A stretch of 64,000 bases of DNA from Octopus sinensis (Eukaryota), in contig NC_043002.1 in NCBI RefSeq assembly GCF_006345805.1, positions 32,860,001-32,924,000 of the forward strand, read 5' to 3'. This document shows, in pieces, positions 23,301 through 34,456 of the stretch (the first letter of the stretch is position 1; every line of letters begins with the position of its first letter). The notes below the pieces were generated by a model. That model did no database searches, was not told the DNA's origin, and was given only the letters and a program-made list of their open reading frames with translations. The translations under genes were made by a program, and so were the position numbers.

Positions 23301-26300
23301 ATGATTAAGTTAGGTTGTATAAATGCGCGTGGAATGGGATCGAAATGGAAACAGGCTTGTTTTCGTGACGACCTCATTTCACATAGAATCGAAGTAGCTA
23401 TTGTTACCGAGTCCAAGATGAAGGGACCCCAAGCGTTCTCACCACTTCTCAATGGTTACGAGAAATTTATTTCTCCTAGCGAGGGGGAGGTGCAGGCGTG
23501 GCAGTTCTTTTCAGGAAGAACTTGGACTTACAGGTAAGTACTGTCTTTTTGGACCCAGACGGTAGGCTGGTTGTCCTAGATGTGACGCACGTGAGTAAGC
23601 AGTCCTTCAGGTTGGTGGCTGTCTACGCTCCTAACGGACGTGGGCAGACCGGTTTTTATCGGGAACTGGAGCACTTTCTAGTGACGTCCAAAACGGTAGT
23701 CTTGGTAGGGGATTTCAACACCATTCTCGATGCGCGGGTGGATGGTGTAGGCTCGAGCGATAGGAAGGGGAATCCTGGCCTCAAGGCTCTACTAGCGAGC
23801 TTTAATCTAGAAGACCGTTTTCGACTGGATGAGCCGAACGTTCCACAGTGGACGTGGAGTAATAACGACGGCTCACTCAGATCGTACATAGATAGAGTAT
23901 TGTTAAGGAACGAGATAGGAATAGTGTTAGCTGTCCACAATTCTCTGTTGTGCCTTACACGGATCACAAATGTAACGTGTGAGGTACATGTAGATAAATG
24001 CCATAGACAAGGCCGGGTACTGGAAGATGAACAAGTCTATTTTGACCTGTGAAGCTTTCCGTACCCGGATTAAGGAATTAGTACAGAGGGCATTATGTGG
24101 CACCATCATTAATAATAGATGGTGGCTCGCCCTCAAAAGAGCCATCCGTTTGGAGTCCATTAGATTTAGCAAGCAGCTAAGTTTAGATAGGACTAGAATA
24201 GAGGGCGAATTAGTTAAGAACTTAGACGAGGCTATGGAATCTGGCTGTGCATCCGGAGTGGTGGCAGCGAGAGCGGTATTGTACCGTCACCTCAACGCCA
24301 AGCACGAGGGGTGTAGAGTCAGAGCTAAGTTACGTGCAGGAAAACGAGAAGGTATTAACGTTGCCGGATGGGCCCGTCGTGAGGAGAGTCAGAAGGGCAA
24401 AAAGTCCTGTATTATGTCCTTAACTGACGAGCAGGACCGCAAGATCTATGGACAGGAGGAGATGCAGAAGGTCCTTCACCAGCATTTCGCACGGCTGTTT
24501 GGGGGCGGTGGCCCGCTCGAGCGTGGGGAGACCTTAAAGGACTTCCTAGCTGGTGGGCCTCGGCTCTCGGCAGGTGAGGCGGAGTGCTGTGAAGGATCGA
24601 TCTATCCGCGGAGGAGGTAAGAGGGGTTATGGCCGAGTGCCGGGGGAAAAGTCACCGGGATTGGATGGTCTACCCTATGAATTATTGTTGTATGCCGGAC
24701 TTGTTCGGGGACATACTGGCAAGCGTCTATGCAAACTGGCAACAGAATGGGAGGATTCCCAGCTCTGTGAGTCGGGGAGTTGTGACGCTGGTCCAGAAAG
24801 ACCCGAGCAAGGGGGACAGTATTAGTAATTACAGGCCCATAACTCTACTTAATGTAGAGTTTAAGATTTTGGCCAAGGTGTTAGCAAAAAGGTTGACGGC
24901 TGTCGTGAAGAAACTTGTCGGGAAGGCACAGACATGTGCAATCCCAGGCAGGTCGATCCAGGATAATCTTCACCTTCTCCGCTACACTATAGATAGGGTC
25001 GGGAAATTAGACGGCAAAGGAGGGGCATTGGTCCAATTAGACCAAAGTAAAGCGTTTGATAGGGTGGACCATCGGTACTTGGCGGCGGTTCTCGAAGCGG
25101 CTGGGCTGGGCCCTGGCTTCTGCGGGTGGATCTCAGCTATGTACAGCGGCATCAAGTCCACAGTCCAGATAAACGGTTACCTAACGGAGCCGTTTTCGAT
25201 CAAGCGTTCAGTTCGACAAGGGTGCCCCTTGTCCCCGCTCCTGTATGTTTTGGCTCTTGAGCCATTGCTGCGGAAGCTGGAGAAGTTGGGAGGCAACCCT
25301 AATGAAATCGGATGCGGTAAGTCTGTTTCTGCCTATGCGGATGACGTCCCTCATCGTGTCCAACGGAACACAGCTACCTCGGGTAGTAGGTGCTCTCCAT
25401 AGATACGAAGCGGTGGCAGGGGCAAAAGTTAACAGGGACAAGTCCATCGGTTTGCGCCTCGGCACCTGGAGGAACAAGCAGATACCGTCCAGTGTTGTTG
25501 GACACTGGACGGATGGTCCTGTTAAATTGCTCGGAGTATGGTTTGGTCCAGACTCCCAGACGGAGAAGAATTGGAGCGAGGTAACGAGCAAGGTTGATGC
25601 CATAGTACGGAAGTGGTCCGGAAGGCATCTTTCCTTGAAAGGGAGGGCGGAGGTGGCACAGATGTTTATAGCCCTGTCGTCACCACCTACGCCTGACGTC
25701 GTGCCTTGCCCCGATTCGTGGTTAAACAAGTTGGAACGACTTCTTTTCCGCTTTTTGTGGAAAGGAGGAAAGCCACTTGTGAGACGCTCCGTGTGTTGCC
25801 AGGAACCGCTAAAGGGTGGACTGGGGATGCCTTGGCTAATGATGCGCAAGCATGCGTTGAGGCTGAGAACCTCTGGTGTTACCTGGAGGATGATAAGGTG
25901 TGGAGTTCGCTGGCAGAGGAATTCTTCCCGCGACCGGCCTCTATGGAGGGATTTACACCGGTCTCATTAAAGGACGTAAACTGACTTCATGGCAGAAGGA
26001 GTGCCGACAGGCACTCTGGCTGATCCACAAGATGGGTAAGGCCGGCAGCGGGAATACCACCTCGGTGTTCTATAGGGCTGGTAGGAGGAAAAAATGACGA
26101 CGTCCTAGGAAGGGCTGGGGTTCGATGAGGATCAACTCTCCAACCTGTTTAAGAAGACTTTCAGGCCGGGGTATTGGATAATTACCAAAAATCCTGACCT
26201 GGCAGTGCTATAGGAATGCATTACCTGTTCGCGAGAAGTTATCCAGGCACGGAATGTCAGTGCCACCGACATGTCCAAGATGTGGGTTGGACGATGAAAC

Positions 26301-26668
26301 CGTTCAACACGCTTTTGTACAATGTCGGGAGCTGTCAGGCTTGATAAGTTACGTGGAACACGTGTTGTCGCATCTGGGACGAGTACAGCTGTCGGCTGGA
26401 TCTATGATTAAGATGATACCGCCAACTGGACTCTAAAAGGAAGGTAAGGCTTGTTTTTACTGTACGGTGGCAGTATTGAAAGAGGGTGTATGGAGAACTA
26501 GAGTGGAAGGTCTAGTGAAAGGGTCCTATCTCTGGCCCCGGTTTGTTAAAAATTCGGATATCATCTGAAGAGTAAGATGGGGTTGGAGAAGAGGAGCCTG
26601 CCACAGAAAGAGTATATGGAACGTTGGAAGGATGTGATGAGAAAGGTGGGTGAGAGTAGCCAGCTTAA
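23301..26668 (+). pseudogene. ORF2 of copy A (APE endonuclease, RT, C-terminal Cys/His), frameshifted
   Basis: MIKLGCINARG, VAVYAPN, VVLVGDFN, SYIDR, NYRPITLLN, DQSKAFDRVDH, QGCPLSP, AYADD, CPRCGLDDETVQHAFVQC. Confidence 0.9.
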
Positions 26669-27256
26669 TCATCGAGGGAAGGATGGGATTTATAGGCTGC
26701 CGGGTTCAAAATTGAAACTGAAACTGGTACCTCCCATTACCTTTCACTGTACATAACTGTTTAAAATAAAGAATTAATATAAAAAAACAGAAATGAAAAG
26801 AAAAATACGCACTAAAAGTTCTCGTGATAAAGGCAAAAGTAAGCCAAGGTTTCGTTTCAAGGCAAAGTAAGCCAAGTTTCGTTCAAGTGACATAAAATTT
26901 TAATTTTGTAATTTTTTAAATTTCATTCGAACTCGCATAGCATTTTTTGTAACTGTTTTGTCCTGTATGTATCCATTCTATGTTAGATCTATTGATCATA
27001 ATAAAGAAAATTTCATCGAAAACCGGTTTTTTTGGTTGTTTTGATCCTTTTGCGATTGAGAAGGTAGTTAGCTGCCATGTTGTTGAGTTGGTTCGTTTTT
27101 GTTCGTCGTTGTTTGTGTGTGATGTGAATTGAACAGTTGTCCGTTGTGTGACAGTAATTTTCGCCCTACGGGGCTGAAAATCTGTGTATAACATTGTTAT
27201 TACCTTCGGGGTAATTTTTTTTTTTTTTTGAAAAGTTGGTTCTCATAATTTGAGAA

Positions 27257-28605
27257 ATGGAGTTCGACTTGGCGTCGAGGAGCGACTTTCCTGTGATGGG
27301 AAAAGGCGAACAGAAGGATATCGAGGTTAGAAAACAGTCTTTTTCGGCCGCAGTGGGCGGGATCGTAACGGAAGTGGAATTCAAAATAGAACAGTTGTTC
27401 GAATACCGGAACTTGGTCAAAAAGGAAGTCAACGAAATAAAACTGGTACCGCCGCAAGCGATATTACAGGAAATAAAGGCCAAGACAGTCGTGTACAAGG
27501 TTTACAGTAACAAAGAGAAAAAAATAATGGACGTGAAGAACGAAATAGTAGAGAAGTGCTTGTTCCCGGTGTGGAGCAAAATTCGCTACGTCGGTCGAGG
27601 TGGCCGCAGCGCTACTGTTGAAGCACATTTCGACTCGGCTGATGTGGCAAGAGAGATTTCATCGATGACCTTAAAAAGTGAGGACATCATGTTACTACCT
27701 ACCTATATGGGCAAAAGAACTGCGAAACTATATGTGGAAGACATTCCAAGAGGATATGATATAATGTGGGTAGCAGCGGCGGTTCTGCACGGCGTAGAGC
27801 AGAAAGTCTCAATTCTGCAGATGAAAAGGAAAGAGGAGGTAAACTGGAAGTGACAAGCGCTCGAACTCCTCGTTCAAGCAGAAAATAATGTGCTAGAAAA
27901 CTTACCCGATAGGGTATTTATTGAGGAGGGAATTACAATGAGAGTGTCAGTGGAGGGGCGCAGACCTAGGTGTTTCAAATGTGGCGAAAAGGGTCACGTC
28001 CGCTCGAACTGCATAAAAAAAAGAAAAACAGCGAAGCCCCTCCTCAAAGTGCTTCAAACACAGAAAAAGAAAAGGCGGAAAAAGACCCCAAGACTGCGAC
28101 AAGGAAGGGAATCGAAACGGAAGATAAAAATGAACAAATGGAATTTACACAGGGACACACAAAAGAAAAAAAAGAAAATACCCTGGACTCCCCTCCCCAA
28201 ACAAAGAAAAAATCAGCAAACACCGCAGAGATACATACAAAACAAATTCCTCAGCCCTACCCCCACGGCACTGTATTCATTGGAACACAGTTCGCCAAGC
28301 CCCTCCCCATAAAACAAGATTGGAAAAAATTGATTAAAAAATGAAAAGATTGTAGCATTCGACGAGAGAAACGATAGAGTGTCAAGTATTTTAAATTTTC
28401 AAAACTGAAATTATTCAGTAAGTCTGCAGACACTAAGTCGACCACTCGTTTTGCAAAAATAAAAGAAGACGAGTGGAAGGAAAAAACACTCCAAGAACAT
28501 TTAAAAAATAACCTTATCAGAGACGTAACTAACGAAATACTGGAGGGCAAACTTATATAACCCGGCAACCACACCTACCAGAGCCCGATGGCAACGCCGG
28601 TTAAG
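27257..28605 (+). pseudogene. ORF1 of copy B
   Basis: MEFDLASRSDF...EGRRPRCFKCGEKGHVRSNC; stop at 27851-27853 and frameshifts. Confidence 0.8.
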
Positions 28606-28714
28606 AGCCCTGCAGCTACGACCACAAGGGAGGAAGAAGGGGAAGCATGCAGATTTAAACTGTCATGCTCCCTGTCCCAACCGTAAGTTTTTTTTTTTCT
28701 CTCTCTCTCCGACA

Positions 28715-31700
28715 ATGGCAAAGCTGGGTTGTGTGAATGTGCGTGGAATGGGGTCGAAGTGGAAACAAATTTGTCTCCTGCACGACCTCACGACACACGG
28801 AGTGGACGTAGCTATTGTAACCGGGGCCCAATCGTTCTCGCCTCTTCTAAATGGTTTCGAGAAATTTATTTCTCATAGCCGAGGAGGAGGAAGGGGCGTG
28901 GCAGTCCTTATCAGGAAGAGCTTGGACTTGCAGGTAAGTACTGTCTTTCTGGACCCAGAAGGCAGGCTAGTCGTTCTGGATGTGACCCACGTAAGTAAAC
29001 AGTCCTTCAGGTTGGTAGCTGTCTACGCTCCGAATGAGTGTAGGCAGTCGGGGTTTTTTTCGGAATCTGGAGCACTTTTTAGTGACGTCGAAAACGGTAG
29101 TCTTAGTAGGGGACTTTAACACTGTCCTCGAAGCGCGGGTCGACAGTGTTGGCTCAACCAATAGGAAGGGGAACCCTAGCTTCAAGGGTCTACTAGAGAG
29201 CTTTAATCTAGTAGACCGTTATCGACTGGATGAGCCGAGCGTTACACAGTGGACGCGGAGTAACAACGACGGCTCACGCAGATCGTATATAGATAGGATA
29301 TTCGTTAGGAAAAGAGATAAGGATACGTTTAGTTGTCCACAGTTTCACATTGTGCCTTACACGGATCACAAATAAGTGTCATAGACAGGGACCCGGGTAC
29401 TGGAAGCTGAACAAGTCTATTTTGAATTGTGAAGACTTCCGTACCCGGATTAAGGTGTTAGTAGAGAGGGCATTATGTGGCACCATCATTAACAATAGAT
29501 GGTGGCACTCCCTCAAAAGAGCCATTCGTTCAGAGTCCATTAGATTTAGCAATCAGCTAAGGTTAGATAGGTCTAGGATAGAGGACGATTTAGTTAAGAA
29601 TCTAAACGAGGCAATGGAATCTGGCTCTGCATCCGGAGTGATGGCGGCAAGGACGGTATTGTACCGTCACCTTAACTCCAAACACGAAGGTTGCAGAGTT
29701 AGAGCTAAGCTACGCGCAGGGAAACGAGAAGGTATTAACGTTGCTGGATGGGCCCGTCGAGTGGAGAGTCAGAGAGGCAACAAAGCTTCAATGAAGTCTT
29801 TAACTGACGAACAGGGACACAAGATCTATGGACAGGAGGAGATGCAAAAGTTTCTTCACCAGCATTTCGCCCGCGCGTTCGGGGGGGGGGGTTCGCTGGA
29901 GCGGGGGAGGGTCTTAAAGGACTTCCTAGCCGGCGGACCGCGGCTCTCGGGGCGTGAGGTGGAGTGCTGTGAAGGAGCGATCACTCCCGCGGAGATAGAG
30001 GGGGTACTGGCCGGATGCGCCGGGGAGAAGTCGCCGGGGTTGGATGGTCTGCCCTACGAGTTTTATCAAAGTATGCCGGACTTGTTCGAGGGAATACTGG
30101 CAGGCGTCTACGCGAACTGGCAGCAGAACGGGAGAATTCCCAGTTCTGTAAGCCGGGGAGTGGTGACGCTAATCCAGAAAGACCCGAGCAAGGGGGATAT
30201 CATTAGAGTTAAAGATTTTTGCCAAGGTGTTGGCAAAAAGGTTGACGACTGTCGTGGAGAAACTTGTAGGGAAAGCACAGACATGTGCAATTCCAGGCAG
30301 GTCGATCCAGGACAATCTTCACCTTATACGCTACACCTTAGATAGGGTGGGTAAATTAACCGGCAAGGGCGGGGTAATGGTCCATTTAGACCAAAGTAAA
30401 GCGTTCGATAGGGTAGACCATAAGTACCTGGCGACGGTCCTCGAAGCGGCTGGACTGGGCCCTGAATTTCGCGGGTGGATCTCCGCTATGTATAGCGGCA
30501 TCAAGTCCACCGTCCAGATAAACGGTTACCTAACGGAACCGTTTTCGATCGAATATTCAGTTCGTCAAGGGTGCCCCTTGTCACCACTTTTGTACGTGTT
30601 GGCTTTCGAGCCATTGCTGCGTAAGTTGGAGAGGCTGGGAAGTAACCCGGATGAGATCGGAGGCGGGTGGACGGTTTCTGCTTATGCGGATGACGTCACC
30701 CTCATCGTGTCCAATGAGGCTCAGCTACCTTGTGTAGAAGATGCTATCAGAGGATACGAGGCGGTGGCAGGAGCAAAAGTTAACAAGGACAAGTCGATTG
30801 GCTTACGCCTCGGCACCTGGAGGAGCAAGTCGATATCGTCCAGTGCCGTGGGACACTGGACAGATGGTCCTGTTAAGTTGCTAGGAGTTTGGTTTGGGCC
30901 AGACTCCCAAACGGAGAGAAATTGGAGTGAGGTGACTGGCAAGGTGGAGGCCATAGTACGGACCTGGTCCGGAAGGTTTCTGTCCTTGAAAGGAAGGGCG
31001 GAGGTGGTACAGATGTTTATTGCATCTGTAATCACTTACCGCCTGACCGTTGTCCCTTGCCCCGATTCATGGCTTAGCAAGTTGGAGCGAATCCTTTTCC
31101 GCTTTTTGTGGAAGGGAGGAAAGCCACTTATGAGGCGCTCCGTTTGCTGCCAGGAACCGTTAAAGAGTGGGTTAGGAATGCCTTGGTTGATGATGCGCAG
31201 ACATGCGTTGAGGCTGAAGCATCTCTGGCACCACCTGGAGGGTGATAAGGTGTGGAGTCCGCTGGCAGGGGAATTTTTCCCGAGACCGGCTTCCTTAGTG
31301 AATTTTAAACCCGGTTGCATCAAAAGACGGAATCTGACTTTATGGCAAAAGGAGTCCCGACAGGCACTCACGCTGACCTACAAGGCGGGCAAAGCCGGCT
31401 GCGGAAATACCACCTCGGTATTTTATAGCAGGCTGGTAGAGGCAAAGAACGACGACGTCCTAGGAGGGGCTCTGGGGTTCGACGAGGATCAGCTTACCAA
31501 CCTGTTTAAAAAGACTTTCAGGACGGGGTATTTGGATAATTTCCAAAGATCCCTGGCCTGGCAGTGTTATAGGAATGCTTTACCTGTTCGCGAAAAGTTA
31601 TCGCGGCACGGAATTTCAGTGCCACCGACATGTCCAAGATGCGGGTTGGACGATGAAACCGTCCAGCACGCTTTTGTACACTGTCGGCAGTTGTCAGACT

Positions 31701-32031
31701 TGATAAGTTACGCAGAACACGTGTTATCGCATCTGGGACGAGTACAGCTGTCGACTGAGTCTATGATTAAGATGATACCGCCAACTGGACTCTCGAAGGA
31801 AGGTGAGGCATGTTTTCACTGCACGGTTGCAGTAGTAAAAGAATGTATGTGGCGTACAAGAATGGAAGGAGTCGCAATAGGATCTTTGTCTCAGGCCCCG
31901 GCTTGCTCACTTACTTCAGATATCATCTGAAGAGCAAAATGGGGCTGGAAAAGAAGACCTTACCACGAGGTGTGTATGAAAAAAGATGGAAGGAAGTGGC
32001 GAAAAAGGTGGGTGTCAGAAACCCAGTTTAA
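28715..32031 (+). pseudogene. ORF2 of copy B (APE-RT)
   Basis: MAKLGCVNVRG; long ORFs 29350-30345 and 30227-31930 (567 aa) with AYADDVTL; small internal deletions relative to copy A near 29370 and 30205. Confidence 0.9.
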
Positions 32032-32552
32032 CTAAGGATGGAGAAGAGGAAAGGAAAGCTGCGGGGCCTTATAGGTTGCCGGGGTTTAAAATATATCGGT
32101 AAGATTTCAATCTAATGTAATGTTATATTAGTCAATGCAAAGGACAATTTAAATACAGTTTTTTGTATAATGAATAATCCATATATTGTGGAAATTTTTA
32201 AACGAACCACTTAACTGTTTTTTGTATGTATGTCCTGTATTGTTCTTCTATGTACTGATTTTATAATCGTAATAAAGAATTAATCGAAAACCGGTGATTG
32301 TCGTACGCTAATGACGGGTCAAGACCCAGAAACTGCACACTGTGCGTATCACTTAGGTTGACGAGGAAAGATGACCTCCCTTTGCAAATACCGAAAGGGC
32401 ACAGAAGTGTGCCTAAAGCCAGCTGGAGGAGATGTTCTCCTGGGGCTACAAGCTACAGTAACATTCACCCTTAGTGGTTAGGCATATTGAGATGGCAAAT
32501 ATACCTCACATTGTCGTGCAGTTACTGTTTATACCTCGTTCAGATATTTATA

Positions 32553-32589
<37 letters not shown>

Positions 32590-32761
32590 TTTATTTAAAG
32601 CAGCAGAAAATTCAACAAAATCTGCTACTCTGAGTTTCTCGTTGCCGTTCATCAGACAGTTTTTGTTAGAAAACTGTTTTTGTTAGAAAACTGTCTGATG
32701 AACGGCAACGAGAAACTCAGAGTAACAGATTTTGTTGAATTTTCTGCAGCCTTAAATAAAG
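32590..32761. repeat. Fold-back element with ~70 bp arms and a duplicated central loop
   Basis: Arms are reverse complements with 3 substitutions; the 17 bp TTTTTGTTAGAAAACTG occurs twice at the centre. Confidence 0.9.
32691..32728 (+). ncRNA. Type I hammerhead ribozyme-like motif (mirror copy at 32622-32659 on minus)
   Basis: Stem I CUGU/ACAG; core CUGAUGA; stem II A.CG-GCAA-CG.A; GAA; stem III ACU-CAG-AGU; GUA cleavage triplet. Confidence 0.6.
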
Positions 32762-32831
32762 CATATTACTCTACCACTGGTATTTGAGTACTCTTTTTTT
32801 CCACCTTGTTTCACATTTATGTGTTTACTCC

Positions 32832-32908
<77 letters not shown>

Positions 32909-33511
32909 AAAGGAAATGAAGAAAATGCTGACAAAATAATTTAAGTAAGGGAGAGTGTATTTAATTAGGTGAAAGTTCTTTTTACCGGTTGCGCATTTGT
33001 TATGCTTATCAAAAGATATATTTTAAAGAGAGATAGAGTTCCTTTCTGATAGATTTTTTCTCTTATCTGACTTTATGTTGGGTTTGCTGTCTCTTATATG
33101 TGAAAAAAGAGGCTCCAGAGTTGTTTAAGATTTGCTTGGTTTCGCGCCTAAAATTTCTTTTGGACAATGGTCAATACAATTTTGATTGGTCATTATAAAG
33201 GGGTCACGTGAATGTTTGAATGGAAGTTGGTGTTGGGGTAAGAAAATAGGCTCCAGAGATGTTAAAATTTGGCTAGTGTCACGCCTAAAATTTCTTATTG
33301 GTCATAATAAAGAGGTCACGTGGATGTGGTCATAATAGAGAGGTCACGTGAATATTTAGAATGAATGGTGATGTGGGTGGTGTATGGAGTTTTCGAAAAT
33401 AGCGTTGTTGAAAATTCTTATTGTTCAGGCTGGTCAGTAGACGGCATGTGGATATTTTAAATAGCTTTTTAGGGCGTAGTTAAGGAGTGTATTTTCCGCT
33501 CTACTTATGCA

Positions 33512-33609
33512 AGTAGATGAAACCATAGCGACTGAAGAAGGGTTTTTTTCTTTGTGTTAATTGTCCTGTACTCCATTTTTTGTTGTTTTAAAAAAATGTC
33601 CAGTTCCTT

Positions 33610-33657
<48 letters not shown>

Positions 33658-33754
33658 AAGGAACTGGACATTTTTTTAAAACAACAAAAAATGGAGTACA
33701 GGACAATTAACACAAAGAAAAAACCCTTCTTCAGTCGCTATGGTTTCATCTACT
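33512..33754. repeat. Palindrome with ~100 bp arms around (AT)n
   Basis: Arms 33512-33611 and 33656-33754 differ by one homopolymer base. Confidence 0.9.
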
Positions 33755-34456
33755 CTACGTTTCGAAGGATAAAAGCGAGACGTATCTTCGACAAGAAACT
33801 TTCCTTCCTGCGAAAAGCAAATCAATTAAAATTCTGAGATCTTTTCGCAGAGGGGTAAAAAGTGGTAAAAAAATGGTAAAAAAACAGGACGGTAACGACA
33901 GTACAAAAATATAAACAGTAAAAGACAGGACAGGGAAAAACAAGATAAGAAGGGCTGTTGACGCCGAACGAAAAAAGTATTGCAAACGCAGAATTTTTTG
34001 TGAACGACAGAGGAGCAGGAAGAATGTCGTCCAGTTACCTTGAAAGGCCAGGCCAGAAAGACAGTCAGAGCGGAAGTATCGTCGCGGGTGGACGACGGGA
34101 AGGGGGGAGGAGGAGCAATAGGAAGGGAGAGAAGAAGGGGAATGGCTGCGAGGAAACCATGAAGAATTGTGAGGGGGAGAGAGAAAGTGAAGAATGGGAG
34201 AGAGAGGAAGAGACAAGTTAAGTAGAGGAAAAAGAAAATAAAAGAATAGGGATGGGACAGAAAGGTGAAGAGTGCGCGTCAGAGTTAATATCAAGGCCAA
34301 AACTTGATATACAGAACAATCTTACTTAAGGGGGTGCGTGCGTTAGTCATATAATATATTAATAAATGAAATAAAACATATTCATATATATAAACATATA
34401 TGTACGTACCTACCTCTACATGTACATATACACGCATATATGAGTATATACATATA

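Larger units (their letters stand above)
21506..27010 (+). mobile_element. Near-full-length Tx1-type LINE, copy A (~5.5 kb)
   Basis: 5' UTR, ORF1 with CCHC knuckle, APE-RT ORF2, 3' UTR ending AATAAAGAAAA; bounded by ATCGAA(G/A)ACCGGT at 21493 and 27015. Confidence 0.9.
27028..32282 (+). mobile_element. Near-full-length Tx1-type LINE, copy B (~5.25 kb), a related subfamily
   Basis: Same architecture as copy A; bounded by ATCGAAAACCGGT at 27015 and 32283. Confidence 0.9.

Noticed and set aside
23532-23542. CAGGTAAGT donor-like sites inside ORF2 (also ~28932 and ~58753)
   Set aside because: Explained by conserved coding sequence (Q/K-V-S-T-V), so not independent evidence of splicing
33520-33800. 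CTGAAGAAGGG and CGAAACGTA as a type II hammerhead on minus
   Set aside because: No stem I hairpin could be formed between the parts
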